Below, in pieces: positions 7,181 to 16,603 of a DNA stretch of 16,603 bases; the first letter of the stretch is position 1; the number at the start of each line of letters is the position of its first letter. The notes below the pieces were generated by a model. That model worked only from the letters and a program-made list of their open reading frames with translations. It was not told the DNA's origin and searched no databases. The position numbers and the translations under genes were made by a program. This stretch comes from Candidatus Bathyarchaeia archaeon. Its GTDB lineage: Archaea; Thermoproteota; Bathyarchaeia; Bathyarchaeales; Bathycorpusculaceae. The stretch spans positions 1-16,603 of the forward strand of contig JBMFMB010000026.1 in the NCBI GenBank assembly GCA_049970895.1. The letters are read 5' to 3'.

Positions 7181-7703
7181 CCAGCTCCTTCCTCAACTGT
7201 TCAACTTTCTCGGTTAAGACTTTGACTATTTTGTCGTTATTGTAGTGCATTAGTGGCTTGCCGCATGTAGGGCATTTGAAAACCAGCTCGACAGCCTCTT
7301 CGAAGGGTATTCGTTTGCATCCTGGCGTGTAGCAGTAGTAGAAGTCGTGGTTTTTCTCGTATTCCAAGCGAATGTTCAGTTTTTCGAGCACGCGTCGTTT
7401 TTGGCTTAGTATAAAGCCTTCCAGCTGGTCTGGTTGTAGTTTCCAGTGGAATATGAACCATCCGGTTTTGGGATCTCTTGTTCTTCGTAAACTTACTAAT
7501 GAATGGTCGTAGAGCTTGTAGAGGATTTTGCGCACGTTGTTAAGTCTTATGCCAGTTTTGTTTGCCAATTCATCATCCGTTATTTCATTCGAATTCTTTA
7601 GCATCTCAATTAGTTTTACGGCTTCCTCTTCGCCAAGTGCCTCGGCAACCTTCATTAATGTTGCATCATCAATTGTTGATAACATGGTAACCCTTTTCTG
7701 CAT
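7173..7703 (-). CDS. tfe: Transcription factor E (TFIIE-alpha homolog)
   Basis: Winged helix ITDDELANKTGIRLNNVRKILYKLY, then RDPKTGWFIFHW and Zn ribbon CYTPGC...FEEAVELVFKCPTCGKPL. The start may be ATG 7685. Confidence 0.95.
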   Translation of the reverse strand: MQKRVTMLSTIDDATLMKVAEALGEEEAVKLIEMLKNSNEITDDELANKTGIRLNNVRKILYKLYDHSLVSLRRTRDPKTGWFIFHWKLQPDQLEGFILSQKRRVLEKLNIRLEYEKNHDFYYCYTPGCKRIPFEEAVELVFKCPTCGKPLMHYNNDKIVKVLTEKVEQLRKELGE

Positions 7704-7746
7704 CAGTCACTGCATTCCTTCTTACCATATATTTGCAAGCTTTAAT

Positions 7747-8346
7747 TTAAATCTCTTTTCTGGTTTCGGATTCAGAACTAATCTTTCTAACCACTTTTTT
7801 ACCTCTTTTTTGGGGGATTATCATGAGCTTGGCGTTTTCAAAAGTTTTAGCGAGCTCTTTTCCCTCAAAAAATCTGTCAAGAAAGACTGCGAGGCTTGCA
7901 CATTCAGAGTGAGGCTGATTTCCAATTGCCACGTTGAAGTCTGAAACTGCTTCTGAAAAGAATTCGCTGGGAACTTTTTGACTTCCAACGATTACCAATA
8001 TGTCCCTTTTTAGTGCTTTGATTCTCTGTAGCACGTCGCTTGTTTCGATGTTTTCGCCATAGGCTGTTAAGTGGACAACAACTCCGCCTTTGGCTTTCCA
8101 TTCCCTAACAACGTTTTTCCAAGGGGCTCCCATCTCAAAATGGAATGGTCCGCCCCAGTTTTTCACAACTTTTTCCATTGTTGCCTTAACTTTTTCATCT
8201 TCTATATCGGAGAGTATGAATCCTGAGGCTCCTAGGGCTCTGGCAGTTAATGCTACATGGGTTGTTAGACGCAAGTCTCTTTTGGGACGATGTCCCCACC
8301 TTAAAACATAGATTTTCGGCTGCCTTTCAATGTTTGAAGCTTTCAA
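7747..8346 (-). CDS. trm56: tRNA (cytidine(56)-2'-O)-methyltransferase (SPOUT)
   Basis: [41 protein letters not shown] and [21 protein letters not shown]. Start set at TTG 8346, which has a GGTGGA SD, rather than the ORF-track start 8367. Confidence 0.93.
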   Translation of the reverse strand: MKASNIERQPKIYVLRWGHRPKRDLRLTTHVALTARALGASGFILSDIEDEKVKATMEKVVKNWGGPFHFEMGAPWKNVVREWKAKGGVVVHLTAYGENIETSDVLQRIKALKRDILVIVGSQKVPSEFFSEAVSDFNVAIGNQPHSECASLAVFLDRFFEGKELAKTFENAKLMIIPQKRGKKVVRKISSESETRKEI

Positions 8347-9592
8347 CTTTTCCACCGAACTCTTCAACGCGACTTTTCACTTTTTCAGCGAACCATGGCA
8401 CGGCTTCAAAGGTTACATGGGCAACGTCGCCCTCATATTTTATTTCTTGGACGTCTGCCCGGCTGAAAAGCCACGAGAGGAAAGGCATTGCCTCGTTTGA
8501 AAGTGGAAGGGAAAAAGATGCTTGAACATAATTTCGCAGCGTTCTGGCTATTTCCTCTTTTAGCTGGTCTATGTTAAGCCCGTAAAGAGCTGATATGGGC
8601 ACGGGCTTTGGTGCCTTTTCCTTGAGTTTTTCAAATTTTTGCTGTATCTCCGTCTCAGATAACAAGTCGATTTTGTTTAGGGCTGTTATTATTGGGATGC
8701 CGGAGGCTCCTATGCGCTCTATTGTTTCTAGGCATACAGAGAGCTTCTTTTCAACAGTGGCTAGTGGTTCGCTGATATCCACAACGAGCAGTATAAGGTC
8801 TGAGTATATTGTTTCTTCTAGTGTTGAGCGGAAAGCCTCTATCAGTGTAAGCGGCAAGCGATCAATGAAACCAACAGTGTCTGTCAAGAGAAACTTTTTT
8901 CTTGAAAACTTTACAAGCCTTGTCGTCGTTGAAAGGGTTGTGAAAAGAGCATTGTCTATAGGAACCTCTTCTTCCGTAAGCGCAGTGAACAGCGAGCTTT
9001 TTCCAGCATTTGTGTAGCCCGCCAGCGAGATTGATGGAAAACCCAGCTCGGCCCTACGTTCACGATGCAGAACTCGTTTTCTCCGTATTTTTCTAAGCTT
9101 TTCAATGATGGTTTGTATCTGCCTTTTGACAGTTTCATAGTAGACGTCAACCTCGTATGCCCCAAGTCCCATGAATCCAGGCTGTTCTCCAAGCTTTGCC
9201 AACCGCACTTTTTCCTTAGCCCTTGTCAGCTCGTATTTGAGTTTGGCTAGCTGAATTTGCAGTTTCGCCTCCGTTGTTGTTGCTCTTCTCGCAAAGATTT
9301 CAAGTATAAGTTGGAAGCGGTCCATTGCTTCTACGCCAGTTTCTTTGGCTATGTTGTATGCTTGAACAGGTCTTAACGGATTGTCAAAAATTATTTTCTC
9401 GGCACCGGTTTCCTTCACAAGCTGGGCGAGTTCCTTAATTTTTCCATAACCTATCTGATAGCGGGGATCTGAGGCTCTTATCTGTTCTATTTTGCCCACA
9501 ACGGTATAGCCAGCTGACTCAGCTAGGCTTTTAAGCTCGTCAAGGGTGGATGGTTCAAAAGACCTTCGGCGCTGTACGATTATGGCTTTCGT
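8327..9592 (-). CDS. hflX: Ribosome-splitting GTPase HflX (probable non-canonical ACG start)
   Basis: [15 protein letters not shown]1 [12 protein letters not shown]2 LFTTL, G3 DTVGFI, G4 NKID and SAL. The frame stays open 31 codons upstream of GTG 9499 and encodes the conserved [16 protein letters not shown]. Gene identity is secure; the start position is less so. Confidence 0.9.
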   Translation of the reverse strand, partial: TKAIIVQRRRSFEPSTLDELKSLAESAGYTVVGKIEQIRASDPRYQIGYGKIKELAQLVKETGAEKIIFDNPLRPVQAYNIAKETGVEAMDRFQLILEIFARRATTTEAKLQIQLAKLKYELTRAKEKVRLAKLGEQPGFMGLGAYEVDVYYETVKRQIQTIIEKLRKIRRKRVLHRERRAELGFPSISLAGYTNAGKSSLFTALTEEEVPIDNALFTTLSTTTRLVKFSRKKFLLTDTVGFIDRLPLTLIEAFRSTLEETIYSDLILLVVDISEPLATVEKKLSVCLETIERIGASGIPIITALNKIDLLSETEIQQKFEKLKEKAPKPVPISALYGLNIDQLKEEIARTLRNYVQASFSLPLSNEAMPFLSWLFSRADVQEIKYEGDVAHVTFEAVPWFAEKVKSRVEEFGGKVESFKH

Positions 9593-10128
9593 TAAGTCTT
9601 CTCCTCCGCGCGACTCTTGTCCTTATCAAATTGTATAATGTCACCTAATGTAAGCTCGCGGCTTGGCTGTTTAGAAACGGTTATCGATGAAACTTTTTCC
9701 GCAGAGGCTGGAACTAGAAGCTTAATTCTTAATGCGTGTTCCAGTTTGGCTGCCAGCTTGTCGTCTGGCTTAATTTTTCTCGTCTCAACTTTTTTGAGGA
9801 CGGAAACTTTTTCATTTATCTTTTTGCCTAGTTCTTCGTGTGTTAGTCCCAATTTTTCCCTTGCTTGTCTTACTTTGACGTCATAGTCGTCGACAAGTTC
9901 GAGGGTGTTTTCCAAAACCGTCTGTGTCTTTCTTACGGCTTGGGCTTTTAATGTTTGAGACTGTGCCGTTTTTGGTTTAGGTTTAAGCGTTGGCGGTTGC
10001 TTTGTCTCTTCCTCCCAGATTATTGTGCCGTGTTTTGAGCATTCGCTGCAAACTGTTAGTTTTGCTCCTTCAATTATGGCTCTTATGGGTTTGCCGTGAA
10101 TTTTCCGTCCGCAAACTTCACAGCGCAA
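9592..10128 (-). CDS. mbf1: Archaeal multiprotein bridging factor 1 (Zn ribbon plus HTH)
   Basis: MRCEVCG...IEGAKLTVCSECSKHG, HTH VRQAREKLGLTHEELGKKINEKVSVLKKVE, and C-terminal LTLGDI. The start is TTG 10128 with a GAGGAG SD; the ORF-track extension to 10296 overlaps the divergent PUA gene. Confidence 0.93.
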   Translation of the reverse strand: MRCEVCGRKIHGKPIRAIIEGAKLTVCSECSKHGTIIWEEETKQPPTLKPKPKTAQSQTLKAQAVRKTQTVLENTLELVDDYDVKVRQAREKLGLTHEELGKKINEKVSVLKKVETRKIKPDDKLAAKLEHALRIKLLVPASAEKVSSITVSKQPSRELTLGDIIQFDKDKSRAEEKT

Positions 10129-10203
10129 TTTTGTGCGCTCCTCTAACTCTTTAATACGGCACTTGGTTATGTTTATAGTTGTCGAATGCCAATTGGGCAG
10201 CGA

Positions 10204-10686
10204 ATGGTGGTTTGTTTGGAAGACGCGCTTAGGCGAATTAGGAGCGTTGCAGACTATCAGTTTGGAAAAGGTGTGGGCGAAGCACTCTTTCCACAAAATG
10301 TGGAAATAGTCTACTCAAAGCGTACTGGCAGAATACGCTATATTTTTCTTAATGGGAAGAGGCTTGCCACCATGCGCCCGTTGGACGGACTTTTCTCCCT
10401 AAGCATTGAAGGAGCGAGAAGGATTGTTAATAGTGATGTTAGGGCTAAATGCTTGGTTACAGTTAAAAATGATGTTTCCAAATTTATTGCCGAAGGCGGC
10501 GACGTTTTCGCAGCGCATGTTTTAAGGGCGGACAGCGAAATTCGCCCAAAGGACGAGGTTATTGTGGTTAATGAAAAGGGAGAGGTTTTGGCTGTTGGCA
10601 AAGCCGTATTATCTGGCGAGGAGATGACTGCGTTTAAGGTTGGCGTAGCAGTCAAAGTTAGGCGTGGCTGCATGGAGGAAGGTTAA
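10204..10686 (+). CDS. PUA-domain RNA-binding protein (similar to archaeosine TGT C-terminal domains)
   Basis: IRSVADYQFG, SKRTGRIRYI, LATMRPLDGLFSLS and GGDVFAAHV...IRPKDEVIVV...AVGKAVLSG...GVAVKVR. Start uncertain (10186, 10204 or 10216). Confidence 0.88.
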   Translation: MVVCLEDALRRIRSVADYQFGKGVGEALFPQNVEIVYSKRTGRIRYIFLNGKRLATMRPLDGLFSLSIEGARRIVNSDVRAKCLVTVKNDVSKFIAEGGDVFAAHVLRADSEIRPKDEVIVVNEKGEVLAVGKAVLSGEEMTAFKVGVAVKVRRGCMEEG

Positions 10687-10740
10687 GTATAAGAGGTCTA
10701 AATTGGTAATTGGTTATTGGTTAGGGGAGGCTAATGGCTG

Positions 10741-11094
10741 TTGATGCGTAGGCGAATAAGCCCCCGCGAAGCAAAACGCATGATGCAACGCATGGGCTTA
10801 AGCATGGACGCTGTTCCAGATGTTGAACAAGTTATCATAAAAACTAGCAGTAAAGAAATACTCATCGAGAACCCGGAAGTCGCTGTTGTTGATATTCAAG
10901 GGCAGAAAATGTTTCAGGTTGCTGGTGGAAAAATAACAGAAAAGGCTGTTGAGCGCAAATTGACCATACCTGAAGAGGATGTTAGGCTTGTCGCCGACCA
11001 GACCGGAAAAAGCCTTGAAGAGGCAAGAAAGGCATTAGAGGAATGCGAAGGAGACTTGGCTAAAGCCATTCTTTTACTTCAATCTAAAATATGA
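10741..11094 (+). CDS. nac: Nascent polypeptide-associated complex protein
   Basis: MMQRMGL...VEQVIIK...IENPEV...GQKMFQV NAC domain and UBA-like EEDVRLVADQTGKSLEEARKALEECEGDLAKAI. Confidence 0.95.
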   Translation: MMRRRISPREAKRMMQRMGLSMDAVPDVEQVIIKTSSKEILIENPEVAVVDIQGQKMFQVAGGKITEKAVERKLTIPEEDVRLVADQTGKSLEEARKALEECEGDLAKAILLLQSKI

Positions 11095-11121
11095 CCTAAT
11101 CGAATTTGGAAGAGATTTTAA

Positions 11122-12039
11122 ATGGACTTTGAAATTGTTTCAGTGGGGCATTTCAGCATAGATTCGATAAATTTGCCGAATAGGCAGTTGCCCTACATTA
11201 TTTTGGGCGGTTCTGTGGCTTATGTTTCGCTTTCAGCCAGGCGTTTAGGCGCAAATGTATCCATAATCTCGAAAGTTGGTGAAGACTTTCCAGAAGCCTA
11301 CCTGTGGTGGCTTAGTCAAGAAGGCATAGACATTTCAAACGTAGCAAAAATTAAGCATGAGAAGACCACAAGATTTGAACTAAATTATAACGGTGACCTG
11401 TCAAGCCGCATTTTGAGGCTTACTAGCAGATCGCCATCAATAGAGGTTGAAGACTTACCAAACTCTTTAGAGGCGAAAGCCGTTCATTTGGCTCCAATAG
11501 CCAATGAAATCCCATATGAGGTTGCCGAAAAACTGGCAAAATCCGCTGAAATAATATCCTTAGACCCTCAAGGACTTGTCCGGGTTTTTGATGAAAATGG
11601 ATTGGTGGCAAATGAATCGTTAAAGGACAAGCGTATGCTCGAACTTATAGACGTGTACAAGTCTTCGCGTGATGAGATTGAAGCTGTCACTGGTGTGGCT
11701 GATTTGAAGTTGGCAATAAAGACTGTGCACGATTTTGGCGTTGAAATAGTTATAGTAACCTTGGGCATGAAAGGCGCTGTGCTCTCCATAGGCGGAGCTA
11801 TATATGAAATTCCAGCATACACGCCCAACAAGCTTATTGATCCAACTGGTGCGGGGGACGCGTTTATTGGAGGTTTTTTGGCTGAATATGTTCGCAGCAA
11901 GGAAGCCTTATGGTGTGCATGTGTTGGTTCGGCACTAGCCTCCACCATTGTTGAGGGTGTTGGTCCAACATTTCTAGGGGATGAAAATGAGATTTATAGA
12001 AGGGCGAGCGTGCTTTATGAAAAAGGAATTAAGCATTGA
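11122..12039 (+). CDS. PfkB/ribokinase-family carbohydrate or nucleoside kinase
   Basis: VGHFSIDSI, LGGSVAY, SKVGEDF, VTLGMKGA and DPTGAGDAFIGGFL signature. Confidence 0.93.
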   Translation: MDFEIVSVGHFSIDSINLPNRQLPYIILGGSVAYVSLSARRLGANVSIISKVGEDFPEAYLWWLSQEGIDISNVAKIKHEKTTRFELNYNGDLSSRILRLTSRSPSIEVEDLPNSLEAKAVHLAPIANEIPYEVAEKLAKSAEIISLDPQGLVRVFDENGLVANESLKDKRMLELIDVYKSSRDEIEAVTGVADLKLAIKTVHDFGVEIVIVTLGMKGAVLSIGGAIYEIPAYTPNKLIDPTGAGDAFIGGFLAEYVRSKEALWCACVGSALASTIVEGVGPTFLGDENEIYRRASVLYEKGIKH

Positions 12040-12097
12040 AGTGCATTGTATTTAGTTAAAGCTAGAAAAGGCATAAGCCAAATGTGGGGTCACGTCT

Positions 12098-12310
12098 TTG
12101 GGGCGTGTTGCAAAGGGCGTTAAATGCAGCGTTTCAGGATGCGGAAAAGATGCGAAGCGTTCCCTCTCAGCAGCAAAGGTCAGAATGGCTGGATTAAGTA
12201 TAGGCAGCAGCGAAAGGCGCGCGTACTTATGCGAAAACCACTACAAGGAATTTAAAAAGAGGACTAAGAAGGAAAGGAAAATTGAGCAGTGGCGGTATAA
12301 AGGTGTGTAA
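12098..12310 (+). CDS. Small basic zinc-finger protein (C-x4-C...C-x2-H), function unknown
   Basis: 70 aa with CSVSGC...LCENHYKEFKK. TTG start with a GGGGT SD. Fills the gap between pfkB and thrS. Confidence 0.8.
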   Translation: MGRVAKGVKCSVSGCGKDAKRSLSAAKVRMAGLSIGSSERRAYLCENHYKEFKKRTKKERKIEQWRYKGV

Positions 12311-12337
12311 AAACTGGAGAGGGATGGGTAGGCGAAA

Positions 12338-14203
12338 ATGAGGATACTGCAGTTACACTCCAACTACATCGAATATAAGCCAATCCAGAAAGAGATAGCC
12401 ATAGCAGAGGAAACAGATAAAGAAACAAGGCGCTTAGAAGAAGTTGTTGTTTTGTTCACGGCGGTGGAAGAGGGCGACGATGAAACAGCAGCCAGAAAAG
12501 CCATAGAAGAGGTTAAATCCTCCCTTGGAAGGCTGAAGGTGAATCGCATTCTAATATATCCATATGCACATCTTAGCAGCAACCTTGCAAAACCATCAGA
12601 AGCTCTAAAAGTCGTAAGGGCTATGGAGGCTTATGCAAAAGCTGAGGGCATAGAGACATATCGTGCACCCTTTGGCTGGAATAAACAATTTACAATTTCT
12701 ATAAAGGGGCATCCGCTGGCAGAGCAATCCCGCGTAATATTGCCGGCAAAAGAGGAAAAAGAAGCTGAAAAAGTTTCAGAAGCACTAAAAGCCGAAGAAA
12801 AACTGGAGTCCTTCTGGTATATTCTCCAGCCAGATGGCAAAATGATTCCAGTTGAAGAGTTCGACTTCCGTGGGCACGAAAACCTTGAAAAGTTTGCTAA
12901 ATACGAGATTTCCAAGGTCAGGGCCAGCCAACAAATGCCACCCCACGTGCCTTTAATGAAAAGACTCGAAATAGCTGACTATGAGGCTGGAAGCGACCCC
13001 GGAAACATCCGCTGGTATCCGAAAGGCAGACTAATAAAATCGCTCATAGAACAGTATGTAACCGCCAAGGTTATAGAGTATGGCGCCATGGAAGTTGAGA
13101 CCCCGGTTATGTATGATTTTAGCCATCCAAGTTTGGCAGATTATTTGAACCGTTTCCCAGCGAGGCAGTACCTACTAAAATCAGAGGACAGGGAGCTTTT
13201 CCTGCGTTTTGCCGCGTGCTTCGGACAGTTTTTGATGGTGCATGACACGCAGTTCTCTTATAGACATATGCCCCTAAAAGTCTACGAGCTAACCCGCTAC
13301 AGTTTTAGAAGAGAAAAAAGCGGCGAGGTTGTAGGTTTAAGAAGGCTTAGGGCTTTCACAATGCCTGACTGCCACGCCTTCTGCACAGACCTAGAACAAG
13401 CCAAAAAAGAGTTTATCACACGCTTTAAACTTTGCATGGAAGTGCTGGAAGGCATAGGCTTATCAAAAGAGGATTATGAGGCGGCAATCCGCTTTACAAA
13501 AGACTTCTACGAAGAAAACAAAGAATTCATCGTAAACTTAGCCAAAATCTTCGGCAAACCCGTCCTCGTTGAGATGTGGAAGGAACCCTTCTTCTATTTC
13601 AGGCTAAAATGGGACTTCAACTTCGTCGACAACCAGGACAAGGCTGCGGCACTGTCAACAGACCAGATAGACGTGGAAAACGCCAAAAGATACGACATAA
13701 CCTACGTTGACGAGAAAGGCGAAAGACATTACCCACTCATACTACATTGCTCTCCCAGCGGTGCAGTGGAACGCTGCATATACGCTCTTCTAGAAAAAGC
13801 CTACAAACAACAACAGAAAGGCGAGCCGCCAATGCTTCCAGTATGGCTTTCACCAACACAAGTGCGCATAATCCCCATGTCAGAAAAATTCCTCGAACAC
13901 TGCGAAAAACTTGCAGAAAAACTTGAAGCCAACCAAATCCGAGTTGATATAGACGAAAGACAATTAACACTGCAGAAGCGCGTCAGAGAAGCCGAAATGG
14001 AATGGATACCCTACATAATAGTGACGGGGCAAAAGGAAATAGAGTCTGAAGTGCTCCCAGTTAGAGACAGAAAGGCTAAACAAATACGGAAAATGAAACT
14101 CGAGGAACTTATAAGTGAAATTAAAAGCCAGATGCGAGACAAACCTTTCAAGCCACTGCCCCTGCCAAAGCATCTTTCAAAAAGACCTCAATTCTACGGC
14201 TAA
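12338..14203 (+). CDS. thrS: Threonine--tRNA ligase, archaeal type with N-terminal editing domain
   Basis: MRILQLH, YPYAHLSSNLA and RAPFGWNKQF..KGHPLAE editing domain; LRFAACFGQF, SFRREKSGE, RLRAFTMPDCH, LHCSPSGAVER and WLSPTQVRIIP. Confidence 0.97.
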   Translation: MRILQLHSNYIEYKPIQKEIAIAEETDKETRRLEEVVVLFTAVEEGDDETAARKAIEEVKSSLGRLKVNRILIYPYAHLSSNLAKPSEALKVVRAMEAYAKAEGIETYRAPFGWNKQFTISIKGHPLAEQSRVILPAKEEKEAEKVSEALKAEEKLESFWYILQPDGKMIPVEEFDFRGHENLEKFAKYEISKVRASQQMPPHVPLMKRLEIADYEAGSDPGNIRWYPKGRLIKSLIEQYVTAKVIEYGAMEVETPVMYDFSHPSLADYLNRFPARQYLLKSEDRELFLRFAACFGQFLMVHDTQFSYRHMPLKVYELTRYSFRREKSGEVVGLRRLRAFTMPDCHAFCTDLEQAKKEFITRFKLCMEVLEGIGLSKEDYEAAIRFTKDFYEENKEFIVNLAKIFGKPVLVEMWKEPFFYFRLKWDFNFVDNQDKAAALSTDQIDVENAKRYDITYVDEKGERHYPLILHCSPSGAVERCIYALLEKAYKQQQKGEPPMLPVWLSPTQVRIIPMSEKFLEHCEKLAEKLEANQIRVDIDERQLTLQKRVREAEMEWIPYIIVTGQKEIESEVLPVRDRKAKQIRKMKLEELISEIKSQMRDKPFKPLPLPKHLSKRPQFYG

Positions 14204-14286
14204 AATATGATGAAAGTTAACTGGGACTTCCAAAACGCATATCAACTTTAAGGGGAAAATTTCTGTTCTCCGAGAAGGGAATTAAA

Positions 14287-15177
14287 TTGGATAAAGAGTT
14301 ACTTGTTTATATCGATGGCGAATACTATCCGAAATCCCAAGCTAAAATATCAGTTTATGATCATGGGCTTCTGTACGGCGATGGAGTCTTCGAGGGAATC
14401 CGCGCATACAATGGCGTAGTATTCAAGCTTAAAGAACATATTGATAGGCTTTATCGCTCAGCCCATGCCATAATGCTACAGATTCCAATAACGAAGGAGC
14501 AAATGATAAACATAGTTTTAGAAACACTACGCAAAAACAACTTGAAAGATGCTTACATACGCTTAGTGGTAACCAGAGGTGTGGGCGATTTAGGGCTAGA
14601 CCCAAGGAAATGCTCAAAACCAACAATAATCGTGATAACAGACACAATTGCGCTTCATAAAAGCGAGGCGAAGGAAAAGGGAATAACAGCAATGCTAACA
14701 TGGGTGAAGAGGGACCCCGTGGACGCAACAAGCCACGAGATAAAATCACTAAACTACTTGAACAGCATACTCGCCAAAATAGAGGCCAACATAAACGGCG
14801 TAGACGAAGCCATATGCCTAGACAAAAACGGCTTCGTATGCGAGGGCGTAGCAGAAAACATATTCATCGTGAAAAATGGGCGAATATACACGCCGCCAAG
14901 CTACACTGGCGCCTTACCTGGAATAACAGCCGAAACAGTAAAAGAACTAGCTAAAAACCTAGGATACGAAGTTGTAGAAAAGAACATAACACCATACGAA
15001 CTCTTCACAGCAGACGAGGTATTCTTCACCGGAACAGCCGCAGAAATAGTTCCAGTTAGAGAAATAAATAAGAGACAAATAGGAAATGGAAAGCCCGGCC
15101 CGGTGACAAAAAGGCTTATGGAAGAATTCTCAAAGCTGGTTCAAGATCCCAAACATGGAATACCAATCTATCAATAA
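14287..15177 (+). CDS. ilvE: Branched-chain amino acid aminotransferase (PLP fold IV)
   Basis: [47 protein letters not shown] and [16 protein letters not shown]. Confidence 0.96.
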   Translation: MDKELLVYIDGEYYPKSQAKISVYDHGLLYGDGVFEGIRAYNGVVFKLKEHIDRLYRSAHAIMLQIPITKEQMINIVLETLRKNNLKDAYIRLVVTRGVGDLGLDPRKCSKPTIIVITDTIALHKSEAKEKGITAMLTWVKRDPVDATSHEIKSLNYLNSILAKIEANINGVDEAICLDKNGFVCEGVAENIFIVKNGRIYTPPSYTGALPGITAETVKELAKNLGYEVVEKNITPYELFTADEVFFTGTAAEIVPVREINKRQIGNGKPGPVTKRLMEEFSKLVQDPKHGIPIYQ

Positions 15178-15182
15178 CTGAT

Positions 15183-15205
15183 CCGTTAACGTTGCCTATT
15201 AACGG
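15183..15205. terminator. Inverted repeat between the convergent ilvE and aminotransferase genes
   Basis: CCGTTAA-N9-TTAACGG, a 7-bp stem spanning the short intergenic gap and the minus-strand stop codon. Function inferred from position only. Confidence 0.3.
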
Positions 15206-16431
15206 TCAAGCTTAAAACATTTACTTATTTTTTTCATGAAATCCTCCAGCAGATTGAATGCTTCTTCAAGGGTTTCGATGGGCGGTAAGAAAACACCTCT
15301 AACATGTCCAGCACCATATGTCGGGCAGAAACCAGAGCCATGCACAAAGAGCACGCCGGTTTCCTTTAAAAGTTCTAACACAAACTCAAGGTCAGTTTTC
15401 CATTTTGAGCCTACACCATGAATTTTTGGAAAGACATAAAATGCCGCTTCCGGCTTGGTGCAGCTAATTCCCTCAATTTCATTCAGCCTTTTCCAAGCAT
15501 AATCCCTTCTAGCCCTAAGCTTAGAAACCATCTCACGAATATGATCTTGCGGGCCTTTCAAGGCAGCAACACCAGCCTTTTGCACAGGAGTATTGGCGCA
15601 AAGCCTTATCCTAGCCTCCTTTTCAACACATTCCTTCAGTTCTTGAAGTTCACCCCGCGGACTATAGAAGTAGATGTAGCCAAGCCTCCAGCCAGTCATC
15701 AAATAAGCCTTTGAAAAACCATTCATTCCAATAACTGGAACATCTTTAGCAATACTTGCCGTACTCACAAACTTCTTCTCAAAAACAAGTCGGTCATAAA
15801 TCTCGTCAGATATTACTGGAATGCCGTGCTCGGCAGCTAAATCCAAAATCTGCCTCAAAGTCTTCTCATCGTATAGGGCACCACAAGGATTATTGGGATT
15901 AATAACAACAATTGCACGGGTTCTGCTGGAAATCTTTCTCTTCAAATCTTCAACATTTGGCTGCCAGCCCCGCTCCTCTACAGTTTCATACGTAATGGGC
16001 TTTCCGCCAAAAAACTTCGTATAAGAAATGTAGGGCGGATAAGTTGGACCAGGAAGAAGAACTTCATCTCCCTCATCAACTAGAGCAGCCATAACCATCT
16101 GAATACCCTCAGAAATCCCAGACGTAACAATAACATCATCAGCCGAAACATCTACACCATTCAAGCGTCTCTCTTTCTCGCTTATGGCTTCCCTAAGTTC
16201 GGGTAAACCCTCAGAAGCAGAATAAGCGTTAGCTCCGCCCTTAACAGCATCAAATAAAGCTTGCTTAATATGTTCCGGGGTGTCAAAATCAAAAGCCACC
16301 GGATCACCAATATTTAAATAGTAAATCTTTTTGCCAGTTTTTGCAAGCGTCCTTGCGTAAACAATAACATCGCGAATAGCGTATTCAATAGTGCGGGCCC
16401 TTTCAGTAACCTTAACATTTGCCATTTTCAA
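15199..16431 (-). CDS. Class I/II PLP-dependent aminotransferase (alanine aminotransferase-like)
   Basis: IEYAIRD, LNIGDP, INPNNPCG, ISDEIYD, NGFSKAYLMTGWRLGY and VHGSGF. Start is TTG 16431 or ATG 16425. Confidence 0.92.
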   Translation of the reverse strand: MKMANVKVTERARTIEYAIRDVIVYARTLAKTGKKIYYLNIGDPVAFDFDTPEHIKQALFDAVKGGANAYSASEGLPELREAISEKERRLNGVDVSADDVIVTSGISEGIQMVMAALVDEGDEVLLPGPTYPPYISYTKFFGGKPITYETVEERGWQPNVEDLKRKISSRTRAIVVINPNNPCGALYDEKTLRQILDLAAEHGIPVISDEIYDRLVFEKKFVSTASIAKDVPVIGMNGFSKAYLMTGWRLGYIYFYSPRGELQELKECVEKEARIRLCANTPVQKAGVAALKGPQDHIREMVSKLRARRDYAWKRLNEIEGISCTKPEAAFYVFPKIHGVGSKWKTDLEFVLELLKETGVLFVHGSGFCPTYGAGHVRGVFLPPIETLEEAFNLLEDFMKKISKCFKLDR

Positions 16432-16478
16432 CGCACCTTTCCGAGAAACAACGCTTTTAATTTTAAACGATAAAAGGC

Positions 16479-16603
16479 TTATGGAATATGGTATGTATAT
16501 GTTGCTTCCACATGCTCATCTGTTAGAGCAGTCACTGTTATGTTCCTATTTTGGTATTTTTGCCAGTCAAACGGGCATAATAAAACGACTTTATCGCCAA
16601 CGT
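16479..16603 (-). CDS. C-terminal end of a gene entering from the right edge (beta-rich, possibly a surface protein domain)
   Basis: Open minus frame VGDKVVLLCPFDWQKYQNRNITVTALTDEHVEATYTYHIP* with stop at 16479-16481 followed by a T-run. Product is speculative. Confidence 0.5.
   Translation of the reverse strand, partial: VGDKVVLLCPFDWQKYQNRNITVTALTDEHVEATYTYHIP

Noticed and set aside
10129-10296. ORF-track N-terminal extension of MBF1 (234 aa)
   Set aside because: It overlaps the divergent PUA gene and promoter region. The family starts at M-x-CEVCG, and TTG 10128 has a good SD.
10734-10751. Out-of-frame mini-ORF ATG GCT GTT GAT GCG TAG overlapping the nac start
   Set aside because: Only 3 nt from the SD, so poorly spaced. 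Likely chance, with no conservation data to support it.
147-16024. Numerous 60-140 aa antisense or alternate-frame ORFs in the track (e.g. 835-1194, 2195-2518, 6834-7217, 7528-7944, 8595-9017, 11568-11948, 14429-14749)
   Set aside because: They lie on top of well-supported genes and have no motifs, so they are treated as shadow ORFs.
1-16603. CRISPR array, rRNA or IS transposase
   Set aside because: No regularly spaced repeats, rRNA-like sequence, terminal inverted repeats or transposase motifs were seen on reading.

Overview
Archaeal chromosomal window. The gene set (tfe, trm56, mbf1, nac, archaeal-type thrS), the many TTG starts and the GGTG/GGAGG Shine-Dalgarno motifs suggest a TACK archaeon, probably Bathyarchaeia (inference). 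Left: a DUF354/ATP-grasp gene pair, a VapBC toxin-antitoxin pair and tRNA-Val(TAC). Directly after the tRNA is a ~3.1 kb integrated island (2756-5875). It is bounded by a decayed copy of the tRNA 3' half (attR) and has a second internal att-like relic and a probable integrase pseudogene fragment. Its only intact cargo is a two-gene module: a small PC4-like putative ssDNA-binding protein and a Hef/FANCM-type SF2 helicase in which an MCM-like winged helix replaces the ERCC4 nuclease. The rest is housekeeping: mbf1-hflX-trm56-tfe-HD-DUF2110 on the minus strand, PUA-nac-pfkB-Zn-finger-thrS-ilvE on the plus strand, and a class I/II aminotransferase. hflX has no canonical start codon for its conserved N-terminus and appears to begin at an ACG overlapping the mbf1 stop. 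All family assignments come from motif recognition by eye; no searches were run.
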